From contig NC_082715.1 of assembly GCF_030144855.1 (NCBI RefSeq), positions 49,600,001 to 49,664,000 of the forward strand: 64,000 nt of DNA, in the 5' to 3' direction. This document shows positions 1 through 13,495 of the stretch, in pieces (the first letter of the stretch is position 1; each line of letters begins with the position of its first letter). Both the position numbers and the translations under genes were made by a program. Below the pieces are notes generated by a model. It ran no database searches and was not told the origin of the DNA. It worked only from the letters and a program-made list of their open reading frames with translations. The stretch comes from Hypanus sabinus (taxonomy: Eukaryota).

Positions 1-552
1 AGGGGCTCTGATTCATTCTCAGTCTTGACATCTATTAAAATAGATAATTAAAATTGTAAGCCAGACATTCTATTTGAGATTGGACAACATCTGTTGAGGC
101 TGCAGGATCGAGGCCTGTGTATACATTTCATATGAGTTCCTGCCCATGTTGGGGTTGAAGTAAACAAGGTGGCAGATATTCTTGCCAAGCAATCGAAGTG
201 AAGTACACTCCTTAAAATGTTATGGGAATGCCAAAAAAGGTGCCGCATTTAGTGGTTGAATACAGTTCCTGGGAGCTGCAAAAGAAACATCTAATTGCTG
301 AGTAGAAATCTTTGGGACAGACATAACTTAACAATGAAAGTTCATTAGGATATCACTGTCATTGTAACGTATAGAAGTACATATTTGACTTTCTGCAAAG
401 CATTAGACTTTTTGATATTATTTGAGGTTTAATTGGGGTGGTTAATTTAGTGCTTTACCACCTGTCTGTTTGCTCCACACTTCAACTCAATAGGAGGTGG
501 TAATGCATTATGTTGGTTTGCCAACCACCACTGAACATTACAAGAAGCAGAA
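1..552 (+). mobile_element. I/Nimb-clade non-LTR retrotransposon 3' fragment (degenerate RNase H domain plus tail)
   Basis: Nt ~5-190 translate, with stops, to SDSFSVLTSIK...PDILFEI...IHFI*VPAHVGVEVNKVADILAK, the LINE RNase H motif W(V/I)PAHVG.xGNE.AD. The fragment ends in a GAA-type tail (caagaagcagaa) near 550. Confidence 0.65.
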
Positions 553-1035
553 CAGCTGGCAGGCGAGAGATGGTGCTCGGTTGATGCAAGAAACGAGAGC
601 TCTTCTTAAATAGATACAGAAGAAATTATTGATGTCACAGATATAAATAACTAACTAATTCAAATTATTAGTGTTTTTTGTCTTTCAATTAATGCAGTAA
701 TGATTTTAGGAACAAAGTTCAATCACCTGAAATTAAGTCTGTAAGAATCTCCAAAGGATTACTCCAAGATAGCATACCTCATTAGTTCTGGTCATAATTT
801 GAACTAAGTCAGTCATCACAGTTGTTGGTAACCTCTTGTAGGTCTTAAGTATTTTAGAGCAAAATAAAACCCGTAAATGCTGGCAAGCCAAAACAAAAAT
901 ATGAAAAACAAACACTCGTCAGAGCCACTATAGCAGAGATAGAATCGGTGTTCAAGACCAAGTATTTGCTGTCAAATCTGGAAAACTGATAGTGCAAATG
1001 CATGTTAAATTTGCGGGAAGGGCGAGAAGATGTAT

Positions 1036-1168
1036 CCTGATGAAAGGTCTCAGCCTGAAATGTTGACTCTTTACTCTCTTCCATAGATGCTGCCTGGCCA
1101 GCTGAGTTCCTCCAGCAATTTGTGTGTGTTGCTTGGATTTCCAGCATCTGACAATATTCTCATGTTTG
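1036..1168 (+). mobile_element. Penelope-derived short element with minimal hammerhead core
   Basis: cCTGATGA-aaggtctcagcct-GAAA-tgttgac, followed by the gatgctgcctgg...ttccagcatctg body shared with other copies in this window. Confidence 0.7.
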
Positions 1169-1289
1169 TGGATTATCTGTGGTGGGGTCGAGATCAAAGT
1201 TTTTAAATACTGGCAGTTAGAGATAGAGAAACCTGAATGAAAGAAAAAAATTAAAATATGGAGAAAGTACAAAGCTAGTTACCTGCAAT

Positions 1290-1740
1290 TTGGCTGCATT
1301 TTGCTCAGATGGTGCTGTTCCTTGCACTGCCCCAATGATGTGCAGTGTAGGAGGCTGAAGACAAAGGCCAGAGTGGGAGAGGGTCAGAGAATTAAAGTGA
1401 CAGAAGATGGGAAATTTTGTAAAGAACAACAGAATGGATGAATGATTTGCAAAGCACCTGTCTGCAAGGGTACCACTATGTGGAGGAGACCACGTATTGA
1501 ACACCAGGATTAGAGGAAGTGCAAGTGAATTGCTCCTACACTTGGAAGGACAGTTTGGATCCCTGGATAGTGGGGGGGGGGGGGCGGGGGCAGGGGGGGG
1601 AAGTGGTGGGAATATGGCAACTCCTACAGTTACATGGAAAGGTGCCAGAAAAAGGGAGTGGTTGAATATAGAATCGGAAACTTGGGATTCAAGGAGGAAA
1701 AGCTGCAAATTTAATGCATGTTTTTTGGATGATTTAATTG
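1290..1740 (-). mobile_element. Degraded Penelope-like element fragment (GIY-YIG end)
   Basis: Resembles the Penelope copy at 10.7-11.2 kb, e.g. ...ctcctacacttggaaggacagtttggatccctgg..., and the minus translation LADRCFANH. Confidence 0.45.
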
Positions 1741-2749
1741 CAGAGGTAGATCTGTGCACTTATGGGGTGTCTCAGTTCTGGCTGTTAATAACCTGATTTT
1801 AAAATCCCAGAAACATCGTTAATTTGATTATGGGTGTGTTGACTCAGTAATCCTCAAATCACTGCTCTGCCTGAAACAATGTCATGGGATCCTGTATGTC
1901 CACCCAAGTTAATCTTGTATTCAAAAAGGAGTCATTTTATTGAATTATTATCTCCACATCTCCTCTAATCTTTGTAGCCACACTTAAATAAGGCAAGAAC
2001 ATTGCAGGCTCTAAATTCATGTGAGTTTGGATAGATTCGGTTCTAAGCACTATCTATTAGGGTGGTATCTATATTTGATTAGAATTAATGTGGCTTTTTG
2101 GTGTGTGGGGTTGATGTAGGTGAGATTTGAAAAAGAGATAAAATTTGTGACAAAACATCAAAACCTACTTGATCTATTTTCCACTGCCTCTTAGGTTTTG
2201 TAACTCAAAATAATTGTTTGACACATGTGCCACATTTCCTTCCATCGTTGTGAAGTTTCAGTATACGTCAATTCTCTATCATATGTTCAGCTTTTCCAGA
2301 TGTCAAAACATCATTTCCGTGTTTATTTTGCCGTTCGCAGAAGACGTGAGGTGTTAATGACCTGTACATTTTCAGAGTATTTCCATCATTTAATCTTTGG
2401 GTCTGTTGAAGTGGTGAATATGGAGTGGCAACATTCAGTTCCTACATTGTTCTAATCAATTCAAAGCAGTCTATGTGTCATTAGTAGTAATTGATTGTAC
2501 TTCAAGTAGATAGGACACCTTTGTTACAATTTTGTGTCACAAGTGCTCCAACCTCGTATTCGTAATTCTTCACACTTTCACATTCATGTTGCACACGTTG
2601 TAAAGCACATGAAATACAGAGCTGTGAAGAAAACAGCTGAAGCATTAACTTCTTTATATTTCTGCTGTGAAAAATTATGAGTCAGCTGTATAAATAATTC
2701 CTCACTTTGGCCCATTTATAAAAGAGTAAAAGCTGGTGGTAGACCAGAG

Positions 2750-3552
2750 GGCTTGGAAATTTTCAGGAACCAGCAGAGACTAAAAAGCTTATAGGCTGGG
2801 AGAAAACTGCTTATGAAGGATAACTGACGGGTAATATTAAAACAAACTGCAAAAGCTTCTTTGGACATATAAAAATGAAGAGGGTAGAAAGGGAAGTGTG
2901 GGATCCTTGGAGGGTTAGACTGTGGAGTAAGTAATAGGAAACAAGGAAATGGCATGTAATTTGAGCCAATATTTTCCTTCAGTCTTCACAGCAGAGGACA
3001 CTGGAAATGATCCAAGTTGGCAGATGGGCTAGTTTCAAATTGCAAGGGAGAATTGTAACAGTCTCTATCTTGAGGGATAAGGTGTTGAGAAAAGCTAGTG
3101 GGTCTAAAGACAAACTAGTCATCTGGACCCCATAACCTGCATTGAGAGTTTTTAAAATAAATGTTGCAGAGTTGGTGGGACCATTGGCTGATAGTTTTCA
3201 AAATGTGCTTAGTTCCAGAGATTGGAAAGCCACAAATGTGTCACCATTGTTGAGAAAGCAAAGACAACCAAAAGAAGGAAACTAGCTATTGAAAGCGAAT
3301 TACTGGAGACATAATCAAGGAAGAAGTAACTAGTCATTTAGAGAAGATTATGCAGTCAAACCAAGACACTGTTTTATAAAAGGAAAACTTTTCATGGATG
3401 TATTGGGCAGTGTCAGTAGTGAGGAAGCTGTAGATACAGTTTATTTGGATTCATAGATATCATTTTATAAGGTCCCACAAAAAAAACTAGTGCATAAAAT
3501 AAAAGCTCATGAAAGTAGTGTGTTGACGCGGATAGAAGAATACTTACCACAT
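2750..3552 (+). mobile_element. Degraded CR1 LINE ORF2 fragment
   Basis: Remnants of FF.YIK, YFPSVFT.ED, SSGP.NLH and DTVYLD, with many stops and frameshifts. Confidence 0.6.
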
Positions 3553-4340
3553 TGAAGAAAGAGTACTCCATCTGCCACTTCTCAGTCTCAGCTCTGCATT
3601 TTGTCAGTGCCCACTGCAACCTACAAAAATTCTCCATACTATTTACTTTACCAACCTTCATGCCATCTGCAATCTTACTATCACACCCTTCTACTTTCTC
3701 ATCACTCATTTATGAAAATCACGAAGAGCAGGGTATCCCAGAATAGATTTCTGCAGAACACCACTGGTCACTGACCTCCAGGCAGAACACTGCAACTACT
3801 ACCTCGCTCTGCTTTCTATAGGCATATCAATTCTGTATCCACATCACCAAATATCCCTGGCTCCCATGCCTCCTGATTTTCTGAATGAGCCGAACATGGG
3901 GAAGCTTGTCAAATGCCTTACTAAAATCGATGTACCCCACAACCACAGCTCTCTTTGTTAACATACTTCGTCACATTCTCAAAGAATTAATTCAGGTTTG
4001 TGATGCGTGACCTGCCTGTCACAAAGTCATGCTGATTATCCCTAATCAGACAATGTTTCTTCAAATGCTCATAAATTCCTTTCTCTTAAGCATCCTCTCC
4101 AATAATTTGCTCACCACCAGAGTAAAACTGATAGGTCTATAAATCTCAGGGTTATCCTGACTCCCTTTCTTGAACTAAGGAATAGCACTTGCCCCCCTCT
4201 ATTCATCTTGTACTACTCTTGTGGTCAGTAAGGACACAAAGACCATTGCCAAAGGTGCAACAATTTTCTCCCTGCTTCCTGTAGATAGCCTGAGATATAT
4301 CCTGTCCAACCCTGGAGACATCTATCCTAATGTTTTTCAG
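3553..4340 (-). mobile_element. CR1 LINE RT fragment
   Basis: Minus strand shows FSKAFDKLPH, SVTSGVLQ and K.ADGMKVG remnants. Confidence 0.7.
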
Positions 4341-4354
4341 AGAACAACAGTGAC

Positions 4355-5050
4355 GTCTTGCAGACAGTTTATGAAACTACTTGTGCTGCTACTTTTAAAA
4401 AATATGATTCTAATACAAAGCTGCGTGTGATTGGAGCCTGTGCTTTACATTTTGATGCTGTGTTTTTTGGGCTGATTGAGCAATCTGGCACGTTGCATGA
4501 GTTTGGTGAGGTTGGGAGTAAAGTGTGTGGCCTGGAAGCAGGTCATCGGCTCCATTCTGTCTGTCCGATTGAGGGTGTGTCAGTCGTTATTCAGTGCCAT
4601 CTGACTGCATTTGAACAGTCTTCCTCTCCCTCTCACTAACTGCTGTCAGAGGAAAGTGCAGGAGTCTTGGGTTCCAAGTTGTAAGGATTGATCAGCGAGG
4701 TTTGTGGCTAAGGACTCATTTTGGGGGACTTTGAGGTTAATGTGGCATGTGTTTCTGGATTCTGGTTACTCTTTTTGCTGTCTGTGAGCAGTTTGGGGCA
4801 CCTTGATGAAGACTGTCTCTGCAGCTTACTGGTGTGGCACTGAACTGAACTAAACTAAATGCTCCTGGTCTCCTAGTTTGGTGTTTGATAATCTATGTTG
4901 TTCTCTTGCTTTTTGCTCTTTGTGCAATCTTTTCTTTTTTTGCTCATTGATTCTTTGAACAGGTTCCACAGTATTTCTTTGTTTTGTGAGAGGACAAATC
5001 TCTGAGTTGTATTCCGTATACAGTGAAAATAAATATACTTTGTACTTTGA
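4355..5050 (+). mobile_element. Non-autonomous retroelement with Rex1-like 3' tail
   Basis: Ends aatctctgagttgtat...aataaatatactttgtactttga, the same tail as the Rex1-like LINE ending at ~24040. No RT coding is recognisable. Confidence 0.45.
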
Positions 5051-5409
5051 TTCTTTGAAGAACGTGACGTTATGTGGAGCTTGGAATTCAGAAGAAGATA
5101 ATGTAAGGAAATGAAACTAAGATTTCTGCCATGGATTGACCATTTGGAATCAGAGGGAAAAATCAGGAGGGATAGTGAAACACAGTAAACAGAGGAACTG
5201 AAGGGAAAGGCAGATCACAAGAAAATTAGGAGAGGGGAAGATTGAGTCTCTGATAGAATTCAAAGTTTGTTGAAATATAATTTGGGTAGAAAATTTCTTT
5301 TTAAATATCCCTTGATAAAATGCTGGTTAGTTTTAAATAGACCCTTTTGTGTGAAATACTATCATTTATCCAGATGAACTAAATGACTGCAATAGTTTTC
5401 AAAAGAATA

Positions 5410-7465
5410 TAAAAAACACAAGGCACATAGACAGAATTAGACCATTTGTCCCATTGAGTCTGTTCTGCCATTCAATCATGGCTGATCTTTTTTTGCCCCC
5501 TCCTTAGCTCCACTCCCCGGTCTTCTCCCCTTAACCTTTCATGCCGTGGCCAATCAAGAACTTAACAATCTCTGCCTTAAATACACCCAATAACCTGGCC
5601 TCCACAGCTCACTGTAGTAACAAATTTACCTCCCTCTGGCTAAAGAAATTTCTCTGCACCTCTGTTTTAAATGAATGCACCTCTATCCTGAAGCTGTGCC
5701 CTCTTGTCATAGACTCCCCCACCATGGGACATATCCTTTCCATATCTACTCTGTCGCGGCCTTTCAACTTTAGAAAGGTTTCATTGAGATCCTCCCTCAT
5801 CCTTCTAAATTCCAGTGAGTACAGACCCAGAGCCATGAAACGTTCCTCATATAAAAACCCTTTCATTCCCAGAGTCATCCTTGTGAACCTCCTCTGGACC
5901 CTCTCCAATGTAGCTCATTTTTTCTAAGATAATAAGTCCAAGAGTATTCACTATACTCAAGGAGAGGCCTCACCAGTGCCTTAGAAAGCCTCAGCATCAC
6001 ATCCCTGCTCTTATATTCTTGATCGCTTGAACTGAATGCCCACATTGCATTTACCTTCCTTGCCGCTCACTCAACCTGTAAGTTAACCTTTAGGATGTTC
6101 TGCAAAAGGACTCCAAAATCCCTTTGCATCTCAGATTATTGTATTTTCTCCCCATTTAGAAAATACTCTGCACATTTATTCCTACTACCAGAATGCATGA
6201 CCATGCATTTTACAACACTGTATTTCATTTGCCACTCTCTTGCCCATTCTCCTAATCTGTCTTTGGCCTTCTGCAGCCTACCTATTTCCTCAACATTACC
6301 TGCCCTTCCATTAATGTTCATATTATCTGCAGACTTGGCAAAAAAGCCACCCATTCCATCATCCAAATCATTGATATACAGCATAAAAAGAAGTGGTCCA
6401 AACAACAACCACTGTGGAACACCACTGGTCACTGGCAGCCAACCAGAAAAGGATACTTTGATTTCCACTTGCCACCTCCTCCCAGTCAGCCAATCTAGCA
6501 GTTCTGCATCCTCTCTCATAACTCTTTTATTTGTTACATACTTGAAAAAAGCTTTTTCTGTTTACCTGGATATTGTTTGCTAACCTGGTTTCGTATTTGA
6601 TCTTTTCCCTTTTAATAATTACTTCAGTTGCTTTTAAAAGCTTCCCAATACTCTGCCTTCCCACTAATCTTGCTAAATGTATGCCCTGTCTTCTGCTTTT
6701 ACATTAGCTTTAACTTCCCTTGTCAGTCATGGTTGTACTATTTTGCCTTTTGAGTATTTTTTTGTTTTTGGAACACATCTGTCCTGCACCTTCCTCATTT
6801 TTTCCCAGTGACTTGAGCCATTGCTGCTCTGCTGACATCCTGCCCGCATCTCCCTCCAATTTACTTTGGTAAACTACTCCTTCATATCGCTATAATTTCC
6901 TTCACTCCACTGAAATACCCCTACGTCAGTCTATACTTTCTCCCTATCAAATTTCAAGTTGAACTCAATCATATTGTGATCACTGCCTCTTAAGGGTTTC
7001 TTTACCTTAAGCTCTCTAATTGCCTCTGGTTCATTACATAACACCCAATCCAGTATAGCTGATCTAGAATACTCAATGACAGATTGCTCTAAAAATCCAG
7101 CTCTTAGGCATTCAACAAATAAACTCTCTTGAGATCCCTTACCAACTTGATTTTCCCAATCTACCTGCATGTTAAAATCTCCCATGACTATCATAACAAT
7201 GCCCTTTTGATATGCCTTTTCTATTTCCTGTTGTAATCTGTAGTCCACATCCCAGCTACTGTTTAGAGGCCTGTATCAGCTGCCAGCAGGGACTTTTTAC
7301 TCTTGCACTTTCTTAACTCAAGCTACGTGGATTCAATACCTTCCAATCCTATGTTACAGCTTTCTAATGATTTCATACCATTCTTTACCAGCAGAGCCAT
7401 GTAACCCCTTTGCCTACCTTCCTATCCCTCTGACACAATGTGTAACCTTGGACATCCAGCTCCCA
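5410..7465 (-). mobile_element. CR1 LINE (APE remnant, RT C-terminus, 3' UTR), internally deleted
   Basis: ORFs 6931-7248 (MGDFNMQVDW...ILDWVLCN...SDHNMIEF), 6136-6519 (VTSGVPQ...YINDLD...KSAD) and 5609-5908 (ERVQRRFTRM...). Confidence 0.9.
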
Positions 7466-10352
7466 TTCAGCATGAGGATAATATGTTTAGCAGCTGGCCA
7501 CCATAACAACTAAATTCAACAGTGGCATCTTTTGGATTAAAAAAGATGATCAGATTCAGTAACTTTTGAATGTCATCCTTGCCAGTTAAAAAATAGCATG
7601 AAGAGAAATGTTATATAAATACCAAGATGGTATTACCAAGTAGGTGGAAAGAAATTATTTTCTTTGGACCACCTGCATTTCCATTATATTTTTACAGCTC
7701 ACTGGAAAATTCTATTGCTCTGGAAAATTTCTGAAGAAAATGAATTCAGTTTCTGTATTGTATTTCCTTTGGCCCATTCAACAATTCGCTAATGATATGT
7801 TAATTATGCAAAGTAATATTCAATGCAGTGTCACTTTGGTTTTTAAATTTGTAATGCAAGAATTGTTCTTGCATGGCTTTGTAAGAATTAAACAACAAAT
7901 TTTAATGAATTGTCAGAAGTGTTTTGTCTTTTTGCTTCAAGTAGCTGCTGCAAATTTTATTTTAAGAATTTTATTTGAAGAATCTGAGAGTAGTTGAAGA
8001 CAGGGCACTTCAGGTGAGAATTGGATTTGGTTTATTGCTGTCACATACCAAGATACAGTGAAAAGCTGGTCTCGCATACGGATGTACACTGTTGGGCTAC
8101 TTGCAATTATGTACTTTCTGAACTGTTGTATATTTTAATCATCCATCCCTACTCTGCCAGGTGCACCATGTTGCCTACAAAACTTGCAATTTGCAAATTC
8201 AACCAGATAAAGTTGTCTAGTTCTTTAATAACAGTGTTATGTTTTATTGCACAGCGAATAATAAATACCCAACATGTATTTCAACCATATTTTTTCTCGC
8301 TGAGTGCTTTCATACATTTCCTTACTATATGATGAGTTGATCAATCCACATCAGAGGTGCGTAAAAAAGAGCTAACTTTTAATCAGGGCAGTGCAATCGA
8401 GATTTTAAAGGCAGAGTTTCGTGGCACTTTCTCTGAGTTATGGAGCGACCAGTCAGCAAGGGGGATTTACCAGAAGGAGCCAATAAAGATAACTCGAGTG
8501 CCAGTGCAGTGCCCATTCTTTTGTGGTGTGCCAGTGTTTCAAGTGGCTTTGGCTCATCATCAGGTAAGATCAAGCATGGGTGAGGTAAATTGCCTTGTAA
8601 GTTACTCCCTCTCTGTTCTTTTTTGTTTATTTCTCATCTGTTAGGGCATTGTAATTTAGTGAGAGTGGCTCCATGAGCAGTGTTTTGTACTCTGTGGGAA
8701 GTCTGGGTGAACTTCAGTCTCCAAGGTAAACACATCTGCATCAGGTGCACTGAGCTGCAGCTCCTGAGAGAACATATTAAGGAACTAGCTCGATGACCTT
8801 TGACTCATATGGAAGAATGAGGAGGTGATAGATAGGAACTACAGGGAGGTTGCGGGAGACAGGTAACTGGGTGACTGTCTGGAGAAGGAAGGGAAATGCA
8901 CAACCAGTGCAGGGTACACCTGTGGCCGTTCCCTTCAATAATAAGTATATAACTTTAGATACTATTGACGGGGACAACCTGCTGAGGGGAGCCACAATGA
9001 CTAGGTCTCTGGCACTGAGTTTGGTGCTGTGACTCATAAGAGCAGAGAGGTGAAGAGGACTGCAGTGTTGATAAGAGATTCCTTAGTTAGAGGAAGAATA
9101 ATGAGGTTCTGTGGGCGCAGTGGAGACACACGGATGGCATGTTGTCCCTCTGGTGCCAGGACCAGGGATATCTCTGATTAGGTCCATGGCATTCTGAAGG
9201 CTGAGGGTGAGCAGGTACATATTAGCACAGTGACATAGACAAGGTGAGGAGGTCCTGAAGAGAGATTTCAGGGAACTAGGAATGCTGACATTACTTCAGC
9301 ATAGTGATCTCTGGATTACTGTGCCACATGCCAGTGTTTGTGAACGCATGGCTGAGGAACTGGGGTAGGGGTTCAGATTTATGGATCTTTGGGATCTCTT
9401 TTAGGGAAGGTTTTACCTCTACAAAAGGGACAGGTTCTACCCGAACCAGAGGGGGTCTAATATCATTGTGGGTTTAAACTAATTTGGCAAGTGGATGGGA
9501 ACTGGAGTGATAGTGCTAAAGATGAGATAGTTCATTTACAAGTAGAGGCAATATGTAGTGAGATTCTTAGCAAGATTGCAGTCAACAAAATAAATTGAAA
9601 TGTAAAAGGTGGACAAAATCAAAAAGGGTGACTACAGGACTGAAGGTGTATATTTGTATGTGCATAGTATACGGAATAAGGTAAATGAACTTGTAACAGA
9701 TTTACAGATTTGGCATGAATGAAGTAGGCATCACCGATTCATGGCTGAAAGATTATAGCTGGGAGCTTAATGTCTAAGGATACACATTATATTGAAAGAT
9801 CAGGCAGGAAGACAGAAAGTGTGCTCTGATGAAAAACTTAAATCATTAGAAAGAGATGACATGGGGTTGGAAGGTGTTGAATTATTGTGGACAGATCTAA
9901 GGAACTACATGGGTAAAAAGATTCTGCTGAAATTTAATAGACTCCTAAACAGTAGTAAGGATGAGTTCTACAAATTATAATGGGAGATAGAAAATGCATG
10001 CCCGAAGGGTAATGTTACAATAGTCATAGATTTTAATATACAGGTAGATTGGGAAATCATGTTGAGCTGGATTTCAAGAGGGGGAATTTCTAGAGTGCCT
10101 ACAAATTGGCTTTTTAGAGCAGCTCGTGATTGAGCCCACTAGGGGATCAGCTGTTCTGGATTGGGTGTTGTGCAATGAACCACAATTGATTAGAGAGCTT
10201 GATGTAAAAGAATCTTTAGGGGAAAATGATCATAATATGATCAAATTCACCCTGAAATTTGAGAAGTCAAAATCAGATATATCAGTATTACACTGGAACA
10301 AAGGGAATAACAGGCAAGAGGGAGGAGTTGGCCAGAATGAATTAGAAAAGAT

Positions 10353-12282
10353 AAATAAGTACAAACAAGCTGGATGAACTCAGCAGGTCAGGCAGCATCC
10401 GTTGAAATGGGCAGTCAGCGTTTCAGGCCGAGACCCTTCGTCAGGACTAAAGGAGGAGGGGGCAGGGGCCCTATAAAGAAGGTGGGGGGAGGGTGGAAGG
10501 TGCCAGGTGAAAAACCAATCAGAGGAAAGATCAAGGGGTGGGGAGGGGAAGCAGGGAGGGAGGGGATAGGTAGGAGAGCTGAAGAAGGAATGTAAGGGGA
10601 AAGCACTATGGATAGTAGAAGAAGGCAGAATCATGAGAGAGGTGATAGGCAGCTAGAAGAGGAGACAGAGTAAAAGTGGGATGGGGGAAGGGAGAGGGAG
10701 GGAATTACCAGAAGTTGGAGAATTTGATGTTCATACCAAGGGGCTGGAGACTACCCATATGGTATATGAGGTGTTGCTCCTCCATCCCCAGTTTGGCCTC
10801 ATCATGGCAGTAGAGGAGGCCATGTATAGACCTATCCGAATGGGAATGTGAAGCAGAGTTGAAGTGGGTGGCAACCGGGAGATCCTGTCTGTTGTGGCGG
10901 ACGGAGCGGAGGTGCTTTATAAAGCGATTCCCCCAATCTGCACCAGGTCTTGCCAATGTAGAAGAGGGAGCACCGGATGCAATAGATTACCTCAACAGAC
11001 TCACAGGTGAAGTGTTGCCTCACCTGGAAGGTCTGTTTGGGGCCCTGAATGGTGGTAAGAGAGGAGGTGTAGGGACAGGTGTAGCACTTACACTTGCAGG
11101 GATAAGTCCCAGGAGGGTGATCTGTGGGGTGGGGAAACGTGTGGACCAGGCAGTTGCAGAGGGAACGATCCCTGCGAAAAGCAGAGAGGGGTAGAGAGGG
11201 AAAGATGTCCTTCATGGAGGGGTCCTGTTGAAGATGGCGGAAGTTGCGGAGGATAATATGCTGGATCCAGAGGCTGGTGGGGTGATAGGTGAGGACAAGT
11301 GGAACACGATCCCTGTTGTGGTGACGGGAGGACGGGGTGAGGGCCGAAGTGTGGGAAATGGAGGCGATGCGGGTGAGGGCATCATTGATGACGGCAGAAG
11401 GGAAACCATGATTCTTAAAGAAAAAGGATATTTGGAATGTCCTGGAACAGAAAGCCTCATCCTTGGAGCAGATGCAGCAGAGATGGAGGAACTGGGAATA
11501 GGGAATAGCATTTTTACATTTGGCAGGGTGGGAAGAGGTATAATCAAGGTAGTTATGGGAGTCAGTAGGTTTATAGAAGATGTCAGTGGATAGTCTATCC
11601 AGAGATAGAGATCGAGAAAGGGGAGAGAAGTGTCCTAGATGGACCAAGTGAATTTGAGGGCTGGGTGAAAGTTAGAGGCAAAGTCAATGAAATTGATGAA
11701 CTGAGCATGGGCGCAGGAAGCAGCACCACTGTAGTCGTCAATGTATTGAAGGAAAAGTTGGGCAGCAGTACCAGTATAGATTTGGAGCAAAGACTGTTCC
11801 ACATAACCCACAAAGAGGCTGGAGGAGCAACACCTCTTATACCGTCTGGGTAGTCTCCAGCCCCTTGGTATGAACATCGAATTCTCCAACTTCCGGTAAT
11901 TCCCTCCCTCTCCCTTCCCCCATCCCACTTTCAGTCTGCCTCCTCTTCTAGCTGCCTATCACCTCTCTCATGTTTCTGCCTTCTTCTACTACTCATAGTG
12001 CTTTGCCCTTACATTCCTTCTTCACCTCTCCAGCCTATCCCCTCCCTGCTTCCCCTCCCTACCCCTTGATCTTTCCTCTGATTGGTTTTTCACCTGGCAC
12101 ATTCCACCCTCCCCCCAGCTTCTTTATAGGGCCCCTGCCCCCTCCTCCTTTAGTCCTGACGAAGGGTCTTGGCCCGAAATGTTGACTGCTCATTTCAACG
12201 GATGCTGCCTGACCTGCTGAGTTCATCCAGCTTGTTTGTACGTGTTTATTTGACCATAGCATCTGCAGTGTACTTTGTGTTT
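10353..12282 (-). mobile_element. Penelope-like retroelement (5'-truncated RT plus GIY-YIG) with inverted pseudo-LTRs
   Basis: Minus ORFs contain FLQYIDD, STDIFYKPTDSHNYLDYTSSHP..CKNAIPYSQF and VIYCIRCSLFYIGKT. Segment 10353-~10790 is an inverted copy of ~11817-12250. A 13-bp TSD aattagaaaagat lies at 10340-10352 and 12283-12295. Confidence 0.92.
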
Positions 12283-13495
12283 AATTAGAAAAGATCACTG
12301 GCAGGGAATGCGGCAGAGCAGCAATGGCTGGAATTTCTGGAAGCAATTTGAAAGGCACAGGGTATATACATCCTAAAGAGGCAGAAGTATTCTAAAGGCA
12401 AGATGACACAACCATGGTCAACATGAAAACTAATGAGCGGCCATATAATAGAGAAAAATTAGTGGGAAGTTAGGGGATTGGGATGCTTTTAAATACTGTA
12501 CTAACAGAAGTCAACTACAAAAAGACATTAAGAAGGTAAAGATGGAATGCAAAGTTAATCTAGCCAATAATATTAAAGGTGCCAAATGTTTCTATAGCTA
12601 CATAAAGTGTAAAAGAGAGACGTGACTGGGTATCGGATCACAGGAAATTGATGCTGGAGAGGTAGTAATGGGGGACAAGGAAACAGCGGACAAACTGAAT
12701 AAGTATTTTGCATCAGTCTTCACTGTGGAAGACACTAGCACTATGATGGAAGTTCCAAGTGTCAGGGCTCATGAAGTGTGTGATGTTTCCATTACTAAGG
12801 AGAAGGTTCTTGGGAAACTGCAAGGTCTGAAGGTAGATAAGTCACCTTTGTCAGATGGTGTACACCTAAGGGTTCTGAAAGAGGTGGCTGAAGAGGTTGT
12901 GGAGGCATTGGTAAAGATCTTTAAAGAATCACTAGGATGGTTCTGGGAGACTGGAAAATTACAAATATCACTCCACTTTTCAAGAAGGGAGAGAATCAGA
13001 AGAAAGAAAACTATAGGCCAGTTAGTCTGACCTCAGTGGTTGGGAAGATGTTGGAATCAATTGTTAGGCATGTAGTTTCAGAGTACTTGGAGGCACATGA
13101 TTAAAAAAAGGCCTTAGTCAGCATGGTTTCCTCAAGGGAAATTCTTGCCTGAGAAATCTGTTGGAATTCTTTGAAGAAATAACAAGCAGGACACATAAAG
13201 GAGATTCGGTTGATGTTGTGTAGTTGGATTTTCAGACTGTCTTTGACAAAGTGCCACAGATAAGGCTGTTCAACAAGCTACAAGCCCCATGGTATTACAG
13301 GGAAGATTCTCGAATGGATAAAGCAGTGGCTGATGGGTAGGGTTAAAAAGAAGGAATAAAGGAAGCCTTTTCTGGTTGGCTGCAGGTGACTAGTGGTGTT
13401 CCACAGGTGGCCGTATTGGGACTGATTCTTGGTGTATTACATGTCGATGTTTTGGATGATGGAATTAATAGCTTTGTTGCAAAGTTTGCAGATGA

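Noticed and set aside
1217-1796. 180-aa Pro-rich and 99-aa Gly-rich ORFs
   Set aside because: They arise from a G-run within a decayed Penelope fragment; no protein family is recognisable.
10859-11593. Plus-strand ORFs of 111-121 aa
   Set aside because: Antisense shadows of the Penelope ORF.
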